DNA of 62,924 nt, the filler included, from Octopus bimaculoides (lineage: Eukaryota): assembly GCF_001194135.2 (NCBI RefSeq). It is 9 parts of 9 records of this genome, joined end to end, with 100 filler letters (N's around TTAATTAATTAA, not from the genome) between each part and the next. Parts side by side here need not be neighbours in the genome. Positions count along the whole stretch, not along the records: positions 16,611 to 28,717 come from NC_068982.1; positions 28,818 to 32,005 come from NC_068985.1; positions 32,106 to 35,479 come from NC_069006.1; positions 35,580 to 37,002 come from NW_026303074.1; positions 37,103 to 44,702 come from NC_068983.1; 4 more parts are not named here. One strand, given 5' to 3'. A model generated the notes under the pieces. It had not been told where the DNA came from, ran no database searches, and saw only the letters and a program-made list of their open reading frames with translations. Numbering within the stretch: position 1 is the first letter of the stretch; each line of letters starts with the position of its first letter. This document shows positions 26,820-40,332 of the stretch, in pieces. Both the position numbers and the translations under genes were made by a program.

Positions 26820-27304
26820 ATGGTTTCCTTTCATTATAACTTTATTTCAGCTGCCTTAGTACCGGGCATCCTCCGGAGGCCAAGAGTAGCAAGGGCACTT
26901 TTGTTTTGTATGCATGCTAAAATTATCACCACATTTATTCCATTTTAGATGGAGAGTGCTTTCGTAGTATATGGAATGTACCCATCAAGGTTATCATTCG
27001 TAATTCACGGAGATTGGAGTTACCAGGGAGTTGCTTTATATACTTCTCAGCTCCCTTCTTTATCATTTCCAATGCACCAATTACTACTGGTATTATCGTA
27101 GTACTAAGCTTCTACATTCTTATGATTTCAATTTGCAGATCTTTATAGTGAGAAAGCTTTTCGTATTCCTTTCTTGAGACATTTTGATCTTGTGGCTCAG
27201 ACATATTTATTAACAGACAAGTTCCTCTGTTGTAGTCCTTGATTACAACGTCTGGTCGATTGCAGTCAGTTTTTCTGTCTATTTGTATTGGGAAGTTCCA
27301 AAGG

Positions 27305-27305
<1 letters not shown>
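26820..27305 (-). mobile_element. R4/Dong-like LINE 3' fragment (copy 2)
   Basis: ILWNFPIQIDRK...RPDVV...EKLSHYKDLQIEI...PVVIGALEMI...LMGTFHILRKALSI*. Confidence 0.85.
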
Positions 27306-27351
<46 letters not shown>

Positions 27352-28385
27352 TATATATTTGGCTTTTGCTTTGTTTTTGTACAAGATGACTCCAAGTCTC
27401 ATCCAGTGACCTAAAGAGACAAGTTAGAAGTTCAAGTAGGTGCTATGACTAGGGTGCCACATATTTGGTTTTGCACAAAGAATTATTCTAGAGAATGTCT
27501 AAGAAAACATCAGAAAATAAGTTTGTCTTAAAATTTGGAATTACATAGTATATTACGTAGGATATGGGCAGTTCCCATGAGCACTATTTTTTGAATTTCT
27601 GCCATTTTTGGATTTCCTGGTATCTTAGCTAGGTAGCAGTCAGCTCCTTTTGCTATCACTCGTAGGGGACCTATGACACCAGGCATTGTTTTAATCTTGA
27701 GGTTCAACATTTTGCCAATTTTTATTTCAAGATCTTTATACTTGCTCAGTTTTTGGTAGGTCTTGAAAGACACATTTATGTTGATTGGGACAGTGATATC
27801 GATGAGAAGGCATGATTTTTGTTTGAAGTCGTTCAGCATCATTATATTGAAAGACCTCAGACAAAATTGGCCTATTCGCATCTATCTTTCTGTCAGTTTG
27901 AACGGTGAAGTTCCAGAGGAGTGAGTTGTGGTCATTTTCAAGCACTGGAGGTAGTTTGTGTTCCCACCAGATTTTATCATGGGGCAAGTCCAAGTTCTTG
28001 CAAATTACCCAGTGAATATATTGTGCTGCGTTATCGTCCCCTTTGAGATACTCTGTAGGCGCAAGAAGATTGCATATGGAGACAACACAATCAATGGTTT
28101 CATTTTGTTGTTTACATATACGACATGTTGGGCTACTGCCGTTCTTTAATATGTTGGCCTGGTAGCTCCTTGTAGGTAGACAATGATCTTGGGCTGTTAT
28201 AATAAACCCTTCTGTCTCTGATTTTAAGCCAGAAGACACTAACCATTGATGGGTAAGGGCTTTGTCAACATCGGCATTATTAGCTCTCCTTGGGTATTTG
28301 CCGTTGAGAGGTTCTTCTTGCCATTCATTTATCAATAAGAATATCTAAGGTAGCAATTTTAGCGCGAATTTTCATACGCTTAGCT
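27352..28385 (-). mobile_element. R4/Dong-like LINE 3' portion (copy 3) with CCHC knuckle and RLE
   Basis: ORFs 27736-28335 and 27528-27881: LKSETEGFI.TAQD, CRIC....ETID, LWNFTVQTDRKI.ANRP, KLSKYKDLEI, LMGTAHILR. Confidence 0.9.
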
Positions 28386-28452
28386 TTTTCTGTGCTTGTT
28401 TCCAGTACATCTCATTCTGGGATTATTATTATTATTATCATTATTATCATCA

Positions 28453-28662
28453 AGGCGGCGAGCTGGCAGAATCGTTAGCACACCGGGCGAAATGCTTGAC
28501 GGTATTTCGTCTGTTTTCACGTTCTGGGTTCAAATGCCACCGGGGTTGACTTTACCTTTCATTCTTTTGGGGTCGATAAATTAAGTACCGGTGGAACACT
28601 GGGGTCGATGTAATCAGCTTACCCACTCCCCCCAAATTTCAGGCCTTGTAGAAAGGATTATT
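28453..28662 (+). mobile_element. SINE family B, near full length
   Basis: aaggcggcgagctggcagaatcgttagc head, central ttcatt.ttttggggtcgataaattaagtacc, and (ATT)n tail. Confidence 0.85.
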
Positions 28663-28817
28663 ATTATTATTATTATTATTGTTCAGTAGTTTTATTTTTA
28701 TAACGTGCTTTCACTTCNNNNNNNNNNNNNNNNNNNNNNNNNNNNNNNNNNNNNNNNNNNNTTAATTAATTAANNNNNNNNNNNNNNNNNNNNNNNNNNN
28801 NNNNNNNNNNNNNNNNN

Positions 28818-29180
28818 TAGCTTGCTTACCAACCGCAACGTTCTGGGCTCAGTCCCACTACGTGGAATCTTGGGCAGGTGTCTTCTACTATTGCCTCGGG
28901 CCGACCAAAGCCTTGTGAGTGGAATCGGTAGACGGAAACTGAAAAGAAGCCCGTCGTATATATGTATGTGTGTGTATATGTTTGTGTGTCTGTGTTTGTT
29001 CCCCCCCCCCCAACATCGCTTGACAACCGATGCTGGTATGTTTACGTTCCCGTAACTTAGCGGTTCGGCAAAAGAGACCGACAGAATAAGTACTAGGCTT
29101 ACAAAGAATAAGTCCTAGGATCGACTAAAGGCGATGCTCCAGCATGGCCGGAGTAAAATGACTGAAACAAGTAAAAGAGT
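28818..29180 (+). mobile_element. SINE family A (5' end lost at linker)
   Basis: Colinear with 62345-62740, including the internal (TA/TG)n tract. Confidence 0.88.
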
Positions 29181-31646
29181 AAAAGAGAAAGTAACCGTTG
29201 GGAAAAAATATTGTGTCCACGATTTTGCTCAAAGCTCGTTCTTTTATACACTTCCTTTAATATAGTCGTACAAATTCCGACAAATATGTATTCAAAAACT
29301 ATCGGGTTTTACAGGAAAACAAAAACATTGATAATTAAAACAAAAGTGTTGGGCAGTTTTGAATTCTTTTTGCCTCGCACGTCTGCAGTGGATACAGCTT
29401 TTTTTGTACTTTAAATAATCATTTGCAATCATTTAACGTATGCAAGAAACTTTGTAAATATGAAACAAATGATTAAAAATATCACAATACAACATTAGAG
29501 AATTTAGAAAAATATCCATTGAATTAAATATGTTATTATCACACAGAGAATTGAAAGAGGAATTACCCAGGGAAAGCTTTCGAAATTAGAACCGAATGCT
29601 CAGTGTTCCTAATTAAGTTTGAGTCGGCTTATAACCAATATAGTAATAGCAATTCAATTTCAATACATCTCAAATTCCATTCATTAAATAATTCCATTCA
29701 TTCACTAGAAATGAAGGCTTAAAAAATAGAAAATCTAGCACATTAATGAAATAACATGAATCATGTTAATAAAATATATATAGCAAAAAGTGTTTAATTT
29801 CTACATAAGAGATACATTATCCTGAACAAGTATCATAAAATTAAAAATCTCTTCATATATTCATCAACACTAAAATATAATTAAGACCCGTTTTCATGGT
29901 CAGCTTGGAATTATACACGTTATTAAAAAGGCACTTAAGAACATTTCACGCAAAGTGATGAAAATACCTGACCATTGAATTTATAATCGGAGAATGAATT
30001 TTTCAATGTTAATCGCTAAAACTCGTCAAATCAAAATGTTCACTCCCTGAATATGTTTCGGAGCGCCTGTGACTAATTTTGCTGACACATTGTTAGGTTG
30101 CATTTCTAGTATCTTAAATGATTTAGAAATATCTTAGCATGATTGCTGGTAAAATAAAAGCCTTCTTAATTTTAACTCTAAAATTTTCCTTCCAATAAAG
30201 CAATTGCGTTCGTGCGTACAATAATTACAAAATTGTAGAATCATGGACTCTCAAAAGATAAAACACTCCCGATTAATCTTTCTGGAAGTTAGGACATGTA
30301 CATAATCTTACTTCGCAATTTTTAGGGTAAACCTTATTTTCAACTTAGCTATTGATATGTGGCACACACACGCCACATAAGCTCACGATTTTGTTTCGCA
30401 CACTCACGTATGTATGTGTATGTGGATGTGTTTGAGTGTGTGATTTAGTTTCAAAACTAAAAAGAATGACTAAGACAAACTACTCGTTATATCGCATTTA
30501 ATCACCCCAGGGACTAAAAATGTATCGCATTTAATCACCCCAGTGGCTAAAACTTTATATATAGAATTATACAGAAACCAAGTGATATAGAAATGGGCAT
30601 AGATATAGCCATAATGGTTGGTACAAGATGGTGGACCGGAATGTAATATTGCGGAAGAGGTTTTGTTTGTGATGATGATATTCAACATAGTAAAGGCAAG
30701 TATTAGGATGATATGGTCCTTTTATTGGGAAGATCATGAAAGTAATGATGTTAATGATGATGGTGATGATGATAATGATGATAATGAATAATAACAGTAA
30801 TCATGAAGGTGGTGATGGGAAGGAGAAAGAGAGGAAGATGACAACGACGACGACAACCTCAAAGGTAATGATGGTGATGATGATGATGATGATGCCGAGG
30901 AGGTGGTGGAGGACTATAACGACGAAGTTGAGGCGAAATCATGATGCTGTTACTGCTGATGTTGTACATGATATTAAATATAATTATCGTGGTGATGTCA
31001 CTGCTGAGGTAGTGCCGTTGCTGGTGGATACTGATGGGAGTAGAAAAGATGTGGGTGATCTGATAGACGTAAAGCGGTGCTAATGAAGATATGAGCGGGA
31101 GTGATTTAAGTGAAGGTAATGATCGATTAATAGGCTAAATTGGTTGCTAAAGGCGATGATAAAGTAGAAGAGTGTTTAAGCTAATGGAAATGTTGATACA
31201 TGCTGATATCTATCAACCGAAAATAAATCGTCATGTGCGCGGTGAACAGTGGGAATGAAAACGATAACTTATATCTTCATTCTTAAATTGTTCCTGCAGT
31301 TCGAACATAAATACCACTAATCAATACCGTGTCTTGTTATTGAAAAACAACATCTCTTTTCAAACTAATGTGTGATTAATATCACACTTGATTGAACAGA
31401 GTAAGGGGTCTCTAGGAACAACTGAGGAGACTCAACGTTTTTGAAACACCGGTGTGCAAAATTAGCGTTATGCTGGATGTGTTATAAGTACACATTTTTT
31501 TCTGAGACGAAAGATTGTTCTTCATTGAAGAGATGCAACAATAATTGGCATAACCATGTTCAGATTACAGGAAGGAATTGGTAGATTTAGATTCCCGCTG
31601 TTGACCATGCACGTGACTATTATTATCATCATCATTATTACTATCA

Positions 31647-31720
<74 letters not shown>

Positions 31721-31721
31721 T

Positions 31722-32005
31722 TATGTTTGACTTTTGTTTTGCATTTGTACAAGTTGGATCCAAGTCTAACCCAGAGACCTCAAGAGATAACAAGTTAGAA
31801 GTTCATGTAGGTGTTATGCCTAGGGTACCATATATTTGGATTTGTACAGTTTTGTTCACGTGAATGTTTAAGAAACCATAAGAAAATTATGTGTTTGCTT
31901 TAAAATTTGAGATCACATAGACAGTATTTTACGTAGGATATGGGCAGTTCCCATGAGCACTATCTTTTGAACTTCAGCCATTTTTGGGTTTCCTGGTATC
32001 TGAGC
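31722..32005 (-). mobile_element. R4/Dong-like LINE 3' end with (AAT)n tail
   Basis: 3' UTR and ORF end align by eye with 27355-27625; (ATT)n at 31620-31720. Confidence 0.8.
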
Positions 32006-32105
32006 NNNNNNNNNNNNNNNNNNNNNNNNNNNNNNNNNNNNNNNNNNNNTTAATTAATTAANNNNNNNNNNNNNNNNNNNNNNNNNNNNNNNNNNNNNNN
32101 NNNNN

Positions 32106-32151
<46 letters not shown>

Positions 32152-32154
<3 letters not shown>

Positions 32155-32370
32155 GGGTACGATGGGTAAATTGTCGCCTTTTATTTTTTAGTTTTGCACA
32201 TGCACATTGTTTTTGATTTTGTCAACTACACATTATAGTAGGGTCAGTTGGGCACCGTCTACGAGAAAAGCAGCACCATGACGCAATTCACTCTGCCAGA
32301 AATTTGCTCATTCAAAGTCAGTGAACAGCTTTTGACGATACCGGTATGACTTTGAATCTCTTTAATAANN
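32152..32370 (+). mobile_element. Possible Tc1/maT-type transposon left end
   Basis: CAGGGT-starting sequence after a (TA)n run; no diagnostic catalytic motif before the gap. Confidence 0.3.
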
Positions 32371-33543
32371 NNNNNNNNCACACATTCACACACACACACA
32401 CACATTCACACACACACACACACACACATAAATATATACACAGAAAAGACAGAGAGAGTGGGAGAGTGAAGAAGAGAGAGACATTACTGTAACCACTTAT
32501 GTAAAGATTCAGAACATGAATATTATGACTTAAATCCTTTCGCCTTTTACATTTCGTCTAATTCACCTATTCATACCTCCTAGAATCCAACCCTGTAATT
32601 CAAATATAATGTAATCAATGACTATTATTATATACAAATATTATCTTCAAAATTCTTATTCTCCTCGCATTTAATCTCTTTTATAATTCAAGCCTCAAAA
32701 TTTATTAGCTACAAGGATTCTTTAATTTGATGTATAAATAAATTATTTCAGTTTATGTTCAGTATCTTTTTCACAGATGGTATACCCTATTAATGCCTAT
32801 TTACTTCACTTTCATACTGTTTCAAGATGCATCCATCTTTTTTTTTTTTACTTGTTGTACTCATTTACACTTCATATTAGTTCTAACTTTAAATCTATGC
32901 ATTTTTCCAAACAAGTTCCCTGTCCTAAATTATGCTAAATCCTATTTATATTTACTTGTTTATTTAACCACCTTAATCCTATCAAAACCTTTCTATAGGC
33001 GATTGCAAGTTTTATATTACAAACTACGTATTTAATCTTTTGTAACCCCTAACACTATTTAACAGTATTATATAAACATACAACAATATTTTATTCTGTC
33101 TATAAAACCGTAACACAAACAGTATTATTTAAAACTTGCAATTCTGTTTTGTACACACAGTCCAGTACAAGAGATGTACTTTCAGCTCTTTCTGTCCCTG
33201 TACATGTATTTCTATTTCTCTTCCTCCCTACCGTGACAAACTTAATGTATTTTCTCTGATTATTGTACTAATTTACCCTCCGCATTGGCAATAAATCCAA
33301 ATTCATGCAACACTCTACACATTAATTCTCCATCTTAAATTATTTTAAATCTGATTTACAGAAAAAGATACATGATATATTTATCTGTTTATTTAACAAC
33401 TTATTTAACCAAAATCAACAAACAATTGCAATTTTGTTTCTTTATTGTATATCTATATATTGTATATCTATTTATTGTATATCTTATAACCCCTTACACT
33501 ATTTGACAATGTTAGATATAGATACAACAATATTTCTGTTTAA

Positions 33544-33712
33544 CGCAGCGAGCTGGCGGTATAGTTAGTACGCCGCGGGAAAATACTTAGCGGTCTCTAC
33601 GTTGTAAGTTCAAATTCCACCGACGGTGACTTTGTCTTTCATCCTTTCGGGGTCGATAAATTAAGTACCAGTTGAACACTGAGGTCAATAAATTAAATAC
33701 CAGTTGAACACT
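33544..33712 (+). mobile_element. SINE family B
   Basis: gcgagctggcgg head and ttcatcctttcggggtcgataaattaagtaccagttgaacact core; short internal duplication at the 3' end. Confidence 0.75.
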
Positions 33713-33874
33713 AAAATTATTCTACAAAAAAATTTGTATCTTGGTTGATCTAACGGTTTTTCTCACAATTCTGCCTTTAAAATATCTCCTCCCCATTTTT
33801 CATGTAACTTCCGAACATTAATTCACACCCATGTTGCATCTTAATTAATGTAAACTCTATAACACTATACTTTT

Positions 33875-34085
33875 TCTACTCTATGGCACAAGGTCCGAAA
33901 TTTTAGGGGAGGGGGCTAGGTCGATTAGATCGACCCTAGTACGCAACTGGTACTTAATTTATCGACATCGAAAGGATGAAAGGCAAAGTCGACCTCGGCG
34001 GAATTTGAACTCAGAACGTAAAGACAGACGAAATACCGCTAAGCATTCCGCCCGGCGTGCTAACGTTTCTGCCAGCTCGCAGCCT
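33875..34085 (-). mobile_element. SINE family B
   Basis: Reverse complement of the family B head and core. Confidence 0.85.
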
Positions 34086-34781
34086 TAACTCTCTAACACT
34101 ATTCGTTTCTACTCTAGATATTTTATACTCCCCAGTATCACGATCATTTGTAGCATATAAATTAAGGATTGCATTCTCTCCCCAAAATCCCAAGTTCACC
34201 CATACTTTGCTCCAAGCGGGCTGATATGTATGTATGTATGTATGTATGTATGTGTGTATGTATTTATGTACGTGTGTCAAAACGGGTCTTTAGCAAAGTA
34301 GTCAGAGGGCCAGATGGATGGTTTTATGGTAATCGATCAGGCTCACTGCGTTTTCAGTTCGCATCCCGCAAAGATGAAGCTTGAGTTTCCTCTGAGTTTT
34401 TTTTTTTGTTTTTTTCTTAATAGAGTACTTGTCTTGTACTGAGTAAAGATGTTTCTCTTTCTATCTCTTTCTGTCTCTCTTTCTAGAAAGAATCGGTTAT
34501 GATCAGACGGGAAGAAGGACAGGTTCCGCAAAGGCTTAAGAAAATCCCTTAAGACACACTGTATGTCATAACGGCGCCCCTACGATTCCATCAAGACGTA
34601 GTTGAGGGCACCAACCAACTTATAGATGTGCATGTATATATATTTGTGTATGCGTGCTTATACACACACACACACATATATATATATGTCTACATACATA
34701 TATATATGTGTATACATATATATATATACAAGTATATATACATATATATGTATACGTACGTATGAATATATGTACGTATGA

Positions 34782-34820
<39 letters not shown>

Positions 34821-34920
34821 NNNNNNNNNNNNNNNNNNNNNNNNNNNNNNNNNNNNNNNNNNNNNNNNNNNNNNNNNNNNNNNNNNNNNNNNNNNNNNNN
34901 NNNNNNNNNNNNNNNNNNNN

Positions 34921-35050
34921 AAATCCACTCACAAGGCTTTGGTTGGCCCAAGGCTATAGTAGAAGACAGTCGCCCAAGGTTCCACGCAGTAGGACTGAAC
35001 CCGGAACCATCTGGTCGGTAAGCAAGCTTCTTGCCACACAACCACTCCCA
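34921..35050 (-). mobile_element. SINE family A, 5' part running into a gap
   Basis: Reverse complement of the family A head. Confidence 0.75.
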
Positions 35051-35178
35051 CGCCTTCCTGTATAACCTACATACAGACTACTTTAGACACACAACACTGA
35101 TGTGTATGTGTGTGTGCATGTGGGCGCGTGTGTATGTATGTATGTTTGTATGTATGTATATATGTATGTGTGCGTGTT

Positions 35179-35211
<33 letters not shown>

Positions 35212-35579
35212 TATGTATGTATGTATGCATGTATGTATGTAGAAAGAGTGTGCTCAAAGAGTACCGTTTGATAACATTGACAGCTAAAGATATGGAGAAC
35301 TCTCAAGATGTCCAGAAATATACTCCTGAAACTCTTCTCCCCCAAACCCCATTAAACCGATCCTCAAATTAACTGATCCCCATCTAAACCCCTTCAAATA
35401 TCTTTTTAACGTAGTAAACATTGTAAGGTTCTGCTTACAGAATTCAATTAAAGTTCATCTAGGGTTTCTGAAGACAGTTNNNNNNNNNNNNNNNNNNNNN
35501 NNNNNNNNNNNNNNNNNNNNNNNTTAATTAATTAANNNNNNNNNNNNNNNNNNNNNNNNNNNNNNNNNNNNNNNNNNNN

Positions 35580-36347
35580 TTGGATTTGGTAGACGGAAAC
35601 TGAAAGGAAGCCCATCGTATATATATATATGGGTGCAGGAGTGGCTCTGTGTTAAGTAGCTTGCTTACAAACCACATGGTTCCGGGGGTTCAGTCCCACT
35701 GTGTGGCACTTTGGACAAGTGTCTTCTACTATAGCTTCGGGTTCGACCAAAGCCTTGTGAGTGGATTTGGTAGATGGAAACTGAAAGAAGCCCATCTTAT
35801 ATATATATATAGGTGTAGGAGTAGCTGTGTGGTAAGTAGCTTGCTTACCAACCACATGGTTCCGGGTTNNNNNNNNNNCGAGTTCAGTCCCACTGCGTGG
35901 CACCTTGGGCAAGTGTCTTCTGCTATAGCCTCGGGCCGACCAAAGCCTTGTGAGTGGATTTGCTAGAAGGAAACTGAAAGAAGCCCATCATATTAATATG
36001 TATAAGTGTTGGAGTGGCTGTGTGTTAAGTAGCTTGTTTACGAACCACATATTTCGGGGTTCAGTCCCACTGAATGGAACTTTGGGCGAGTGTCTTCTAC
36101 TACAGCCTCGGGGCCAACCAAAGCCTTGTGAGTGGATTTGGTAGACGGAAACAGAGAGAAGCCCATCATATATATATATATATAGGTGTAGGAGTGGCTG
36201 TGTGTTAATTAGCTTGCTTACGAATCACATAGTTTCGTGTTTAGTCCCACTGCATGGCACCTTGGGCTGGTTTTTCTACCGTAGCCTCCGGTCCGACCAA
36301 AGCCTTGTGAGTGGAGTTAGTAGACGGAAACTGAAAGAAGCCCGTCT

Positions 36348-36426
<79 letters not shown>

Positions 36427-36768
36427 GTGTAGGAGTTGTTGTGTGTTAAGTAGCTTGCTTACGAACCACATCTTTCCGTGTTTAGTCCCACTGCATGGCA
36501 CCTGAGGCAATTGACTTCTACTATAGCCTCGGGGACGACCAAAGCCTTGTGAGTAGATTTGGTAGAAGGAAACTGAAAGAAGCCCATCTTATATATATAT
36601 ATGTTGGTGTAGGAGTGGATGTGTGTTAAGTAGCTTGCTTACGAACCACATGATACCGGGTTCAGTCCCACTGTGTGGCACTTTGGGCAAGGGTCTTCTA
36701 CTATAGCCTCTGGCCAACCGAAGCCTTCTGAGTGGGTTGTGTAGACGGAAACTGATAGAAGCCCATCT

Positions 36769-36832
<64 letters not shown>

Positions 36833-36935
36833 AAGGGTTAAGTGGCTGTGTGTTAAGTAGCTTGCTTACGAATCACATGATTCCGGATTCAGTCCCACTG
36901 TGTGTCACCTTGGGCAGTTGTCTTTTACTATAGCC
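35580..36935 (+). repeat. Tandem array of about 8 SINE family A 5' halves separated by (TA)n
   Basis: Units of about 165 bp start near 35631, 35810, 36003, 36184, 36425, 36605 and 36835, with a partial unit at 35580. Each complete unit ends at gaagccc.tc, then (TA)n. Confidence 0.9.
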
Positions 36936-37102
36936 GTCTATATTGTCCCCCTACCTCCGTTCCATCAAACTTTCGCTACAAATTTTTGAATATTCAGAAT
37001 CTNNNNNNNNNNNNNNNNNNNNNNNNNNNNNNNNNNNNNNNNNNNNTTAATTAATTAANNNNNNNNNNNNNNNNNNNNNNNNNNNNNNNNNNNNNNNNNN
37101 NN

Positions 37103-37465
37103 ACACTGTCTGTAGCTGGTCTTCTCTTGGAAGAGCCCTGCTTCTCACATGGACAACTGTATGTTGGCTGCTCAAGAGTGGGCAGCCAAAAAATCCTATT
37201 TGTATATGCTCCACAAGGGAAAACAAGGAACATTGTTTACAACGAGGTGTTATAATCACAACAGCAAGAAAGTATGTACATGATCACCTTCTTTTACGAA
37301 ACTTCATTGACTTTCATATATTTATATTGATATACATATATATACGTGTGTTTGGGTGCGTGTGTGTATATACATCTCTATATATAAAGATGATGCGTAG
37401 TCTAGGCGGCGTTTTTAGATTTCATTATTCTCTTTAACCCGGGCAACGCCGGGTATTTCTGCTAG
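37103..37465 (+). mobile_element. Helitron 3' end: helicase C-terminus, subterminal hairpin and CTAG
   Basis: 37103-37255 reads TLSVAGLLLEEPCFSHGQLYVGCSRVGSQKILFVYAPQGKTRNIVYNEVL*. Hairpin acccgg-gcaacg-ccgggt at 37437-37454; CTAG at 37462-37465 followed by T. Confidence 0.92.
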
Positions 37466-40284
37466 TATATTATATACATGAGCGCACGCATACGCATAAA
37501 GTCTGTGAGAATGAGATAGATAGAGGGGAAGATGGATTCCAGTGGAAATATATCGTTGTAGCAAGCAGATTTATAACCATTAATATTTCTAGATATCATC
37601 ATATTTCTCGGTTCCTGTGGAGAGAACGATATTACCATAACGTGCTAAGCACCAAGTAATTAAACTCTCTTCCTTCTCTTAATTGGAATCTGCTATAGGG
37701 AATGCCGAAGACAAAAATGTAATAATTACTTGAGACAGAAATATATGACATTACCAATGCATATCTTAACGCCTCAGCAGATGGTAATTACGAAGAAATA
37801 ATTATAGATGGTATTACGTTGTTGGGATATAATCAAGCTATATTAACGAACATAAGGTGAAACTATATTGCCGTTGGATTAATATTTTCATTACAATTCT
37901 TCCTTATTAAAATGAATAGAGGTATTAACTTTTAAGTATTTACTTTAATTGCTACATACGTACATATATACATACATACGTATGTACGTACATACATACG
38001 TATGTACGTACATACATACATACATACATACATACATGCATAGTACTTACGTATGTACATACATATATATGTACATTTATGTACATATGTACGTAATGCA
38101 TACATACATGCATGCATACATGCGTACATACATATACAAGCATGCATTCATATATACATAATACATACATGCGTACATACATACATTCAGACATGCATAC
38201 GTACGTACGGACGTACATACAGAAGTACATATATATATGTACATATATACATATATATGTACATACATACATACATACATATATACATACATACATGCAT
38301 ACATATGCATACATACATACATGCATACATACATACATACATACATACGTACATACNNNNNNNNNNNNNNNNNNNNNNNNNNNNNNNNNNNNNNNNNNNN
38401 NNNNNNNNNNNNNNNNNNNNNNNNNNNNNNNNNNNNNNNNNNNNNNNNNNNNNNNNNNNNNNNNNNNNNNNNNNNNNNNNNNNNNNNNNNNNNNNNNNNN
38501 NNNNNNNNNNNNNNNNNNNNNNNNNNNNNNNNNNNNNNNNNNNNNNNNNNNNNNNNNNNNNNNNNNNNNNNNNNNNNNNNNNNNNNNNNNNNNNNNNNNN
38601 NNNNNNNNNNNNNNNNNNNNNNNNNNNNNNNNNNNNNNNNNNNNNNNNNNNNNNNNNNNNNNNNNNNNNNNNNNNNNNNNNNNNNNNNNNNNNNNNNNNN
38701 NNNNNNNNNNNNNNNNNNNNNNNNNNNNNNNNNNNNNNNNNNNNNNNNNNNNNNNNNNNNNNNNNNNNNNNNNNNNNNNNNNATACACATGCATACATAA
38801 TACATACATACGTACATACATACATACATACATACATACACACACACATACACATGCATACATATGTACATATATACATACACATGCATACATACATACA
38901 CACATACACATACAGACGTACGTACATACATACACACATACACATGCACACATACATACATACATGCATGCATACACATACATACATTCATGCTTACATA
39001 GTACATACACATGCATACATACATACGTACACACATACACATACATACACATGCATACATACATACATTTAGGCGCAAGTATGGCAATATGGTTAAGGAG
39101 CTCATTTTTAAACCAAGCGGTTTCGGGTTCAGTCCCACAGAGCAAGCATCTTGGGCATGTGCTATCCACTATAGTCCCGGAACGGCCAATGCCTCCCGAG
39201 TGAATTTGGCAGAGGGAATCTGTGCGGATGCCCATCACATATGTGTACATGTAGAGAGAGTATAGCAGAATGGTAATGAAGATTGCTTCTCGATCTCAAG
39301 GTCCCAGGTTCGATTTTACTCAGTTACGTGGACATAACCACAACTGCACTGGTTGTCAAGCGATGGTGGAAGACAAATAGACACAGACAGGCAGACACCC
39401 CCCTACCCACATCCAAAACACGCACACACACATCACACAACACATCACACAACACACACATACACCCCACACACACACATACACCCCACACACACACATA
39501 CACCCCACACACACACATACACCCCACACACACACATACACNNNNNNNNNNNNNNNNNNNNNNNNNNNNNNNNNNNNNNNNNNNNNNNNNNNNNNNNNNN
39601 NNNNNNNNNNNNNNNNNNNNNNNNNNNNNNNNNNNNNNNNNNNNNNNNNNNNNNNNNNNNNNNNNNNNNNNNNNNNNNNNNNNNNNNNNNNNNNNNNNNN
39701 NNNNNNNNNNNNNNNNNNNNNNNNNNNNNNNNNNNNNNNNNNNNNNNNNNNNNNNNNNNNNNNNNNNNNNNNNNNNNNNNNNNNNNNNNNNNNNNNNNNN
39801 NNNNNNNNNNNNNNNNNNNNNNNNNNNNNNNNNNNNNNNNNNNNNNNNNNNNNNNNNNNNNNNNNNNNNNNNNNNNNNNNNNNNNNNNNNNNNNNNNNNN
39901 NNNNNNNNNNNNNNNNNNNNNNNNNNNNNNNNNNNNNNNNNNNNNNNNNNNNNNNNNNNNNNNNNNNNNNNNNNNNNNNNNNNNNNNNNNNNNNNNNNNN
40001 NNNNNNNNNNNNNNNNNNNNNNNNNNNNNNNNNNNNNNNNNNNNNNNNNNNNNNNNNNNNNNNNNNNNNNNNNNNNNNNNNNNNNNNNNNNNNNNNNNNN
40101 NNNNNNNNNNNNNNNNNNNNNNNNNNNNNNNNNNNNNNNNNNNNNNNNNNNNNNNNNNNNNNNNNNNNNNNNNNNNNNNNNNNNNNNNNNNNNNNNNNNN
40201 NNNNNNNNNNNNNNNNNNNNNNNNNNNNNNNNNNNNNNNNNNNNNNNNNNNNNNNNNNNNNNNNNNNNNNNNNNNNNNNNNNNN

Positions 40285-40332
<48 letters not shown>

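Noticed and set aside
35580-36935. CRISPR-like repeat/spacer appearance
   Set aside because: Repeats are about 165-bp SINE heads and the spacers are (TA)n; eukaryotic context with no cas genes.
37735-37856. Protein-like open stretch TEIYDITNAYLNASADGNYEEIIIDGITLLGYNQAILTNIR (plus strand)
   Set aside because: The acceptor lacks a pyrimidine tract, the donor is weak, and no partner exon or recognisable family was found.
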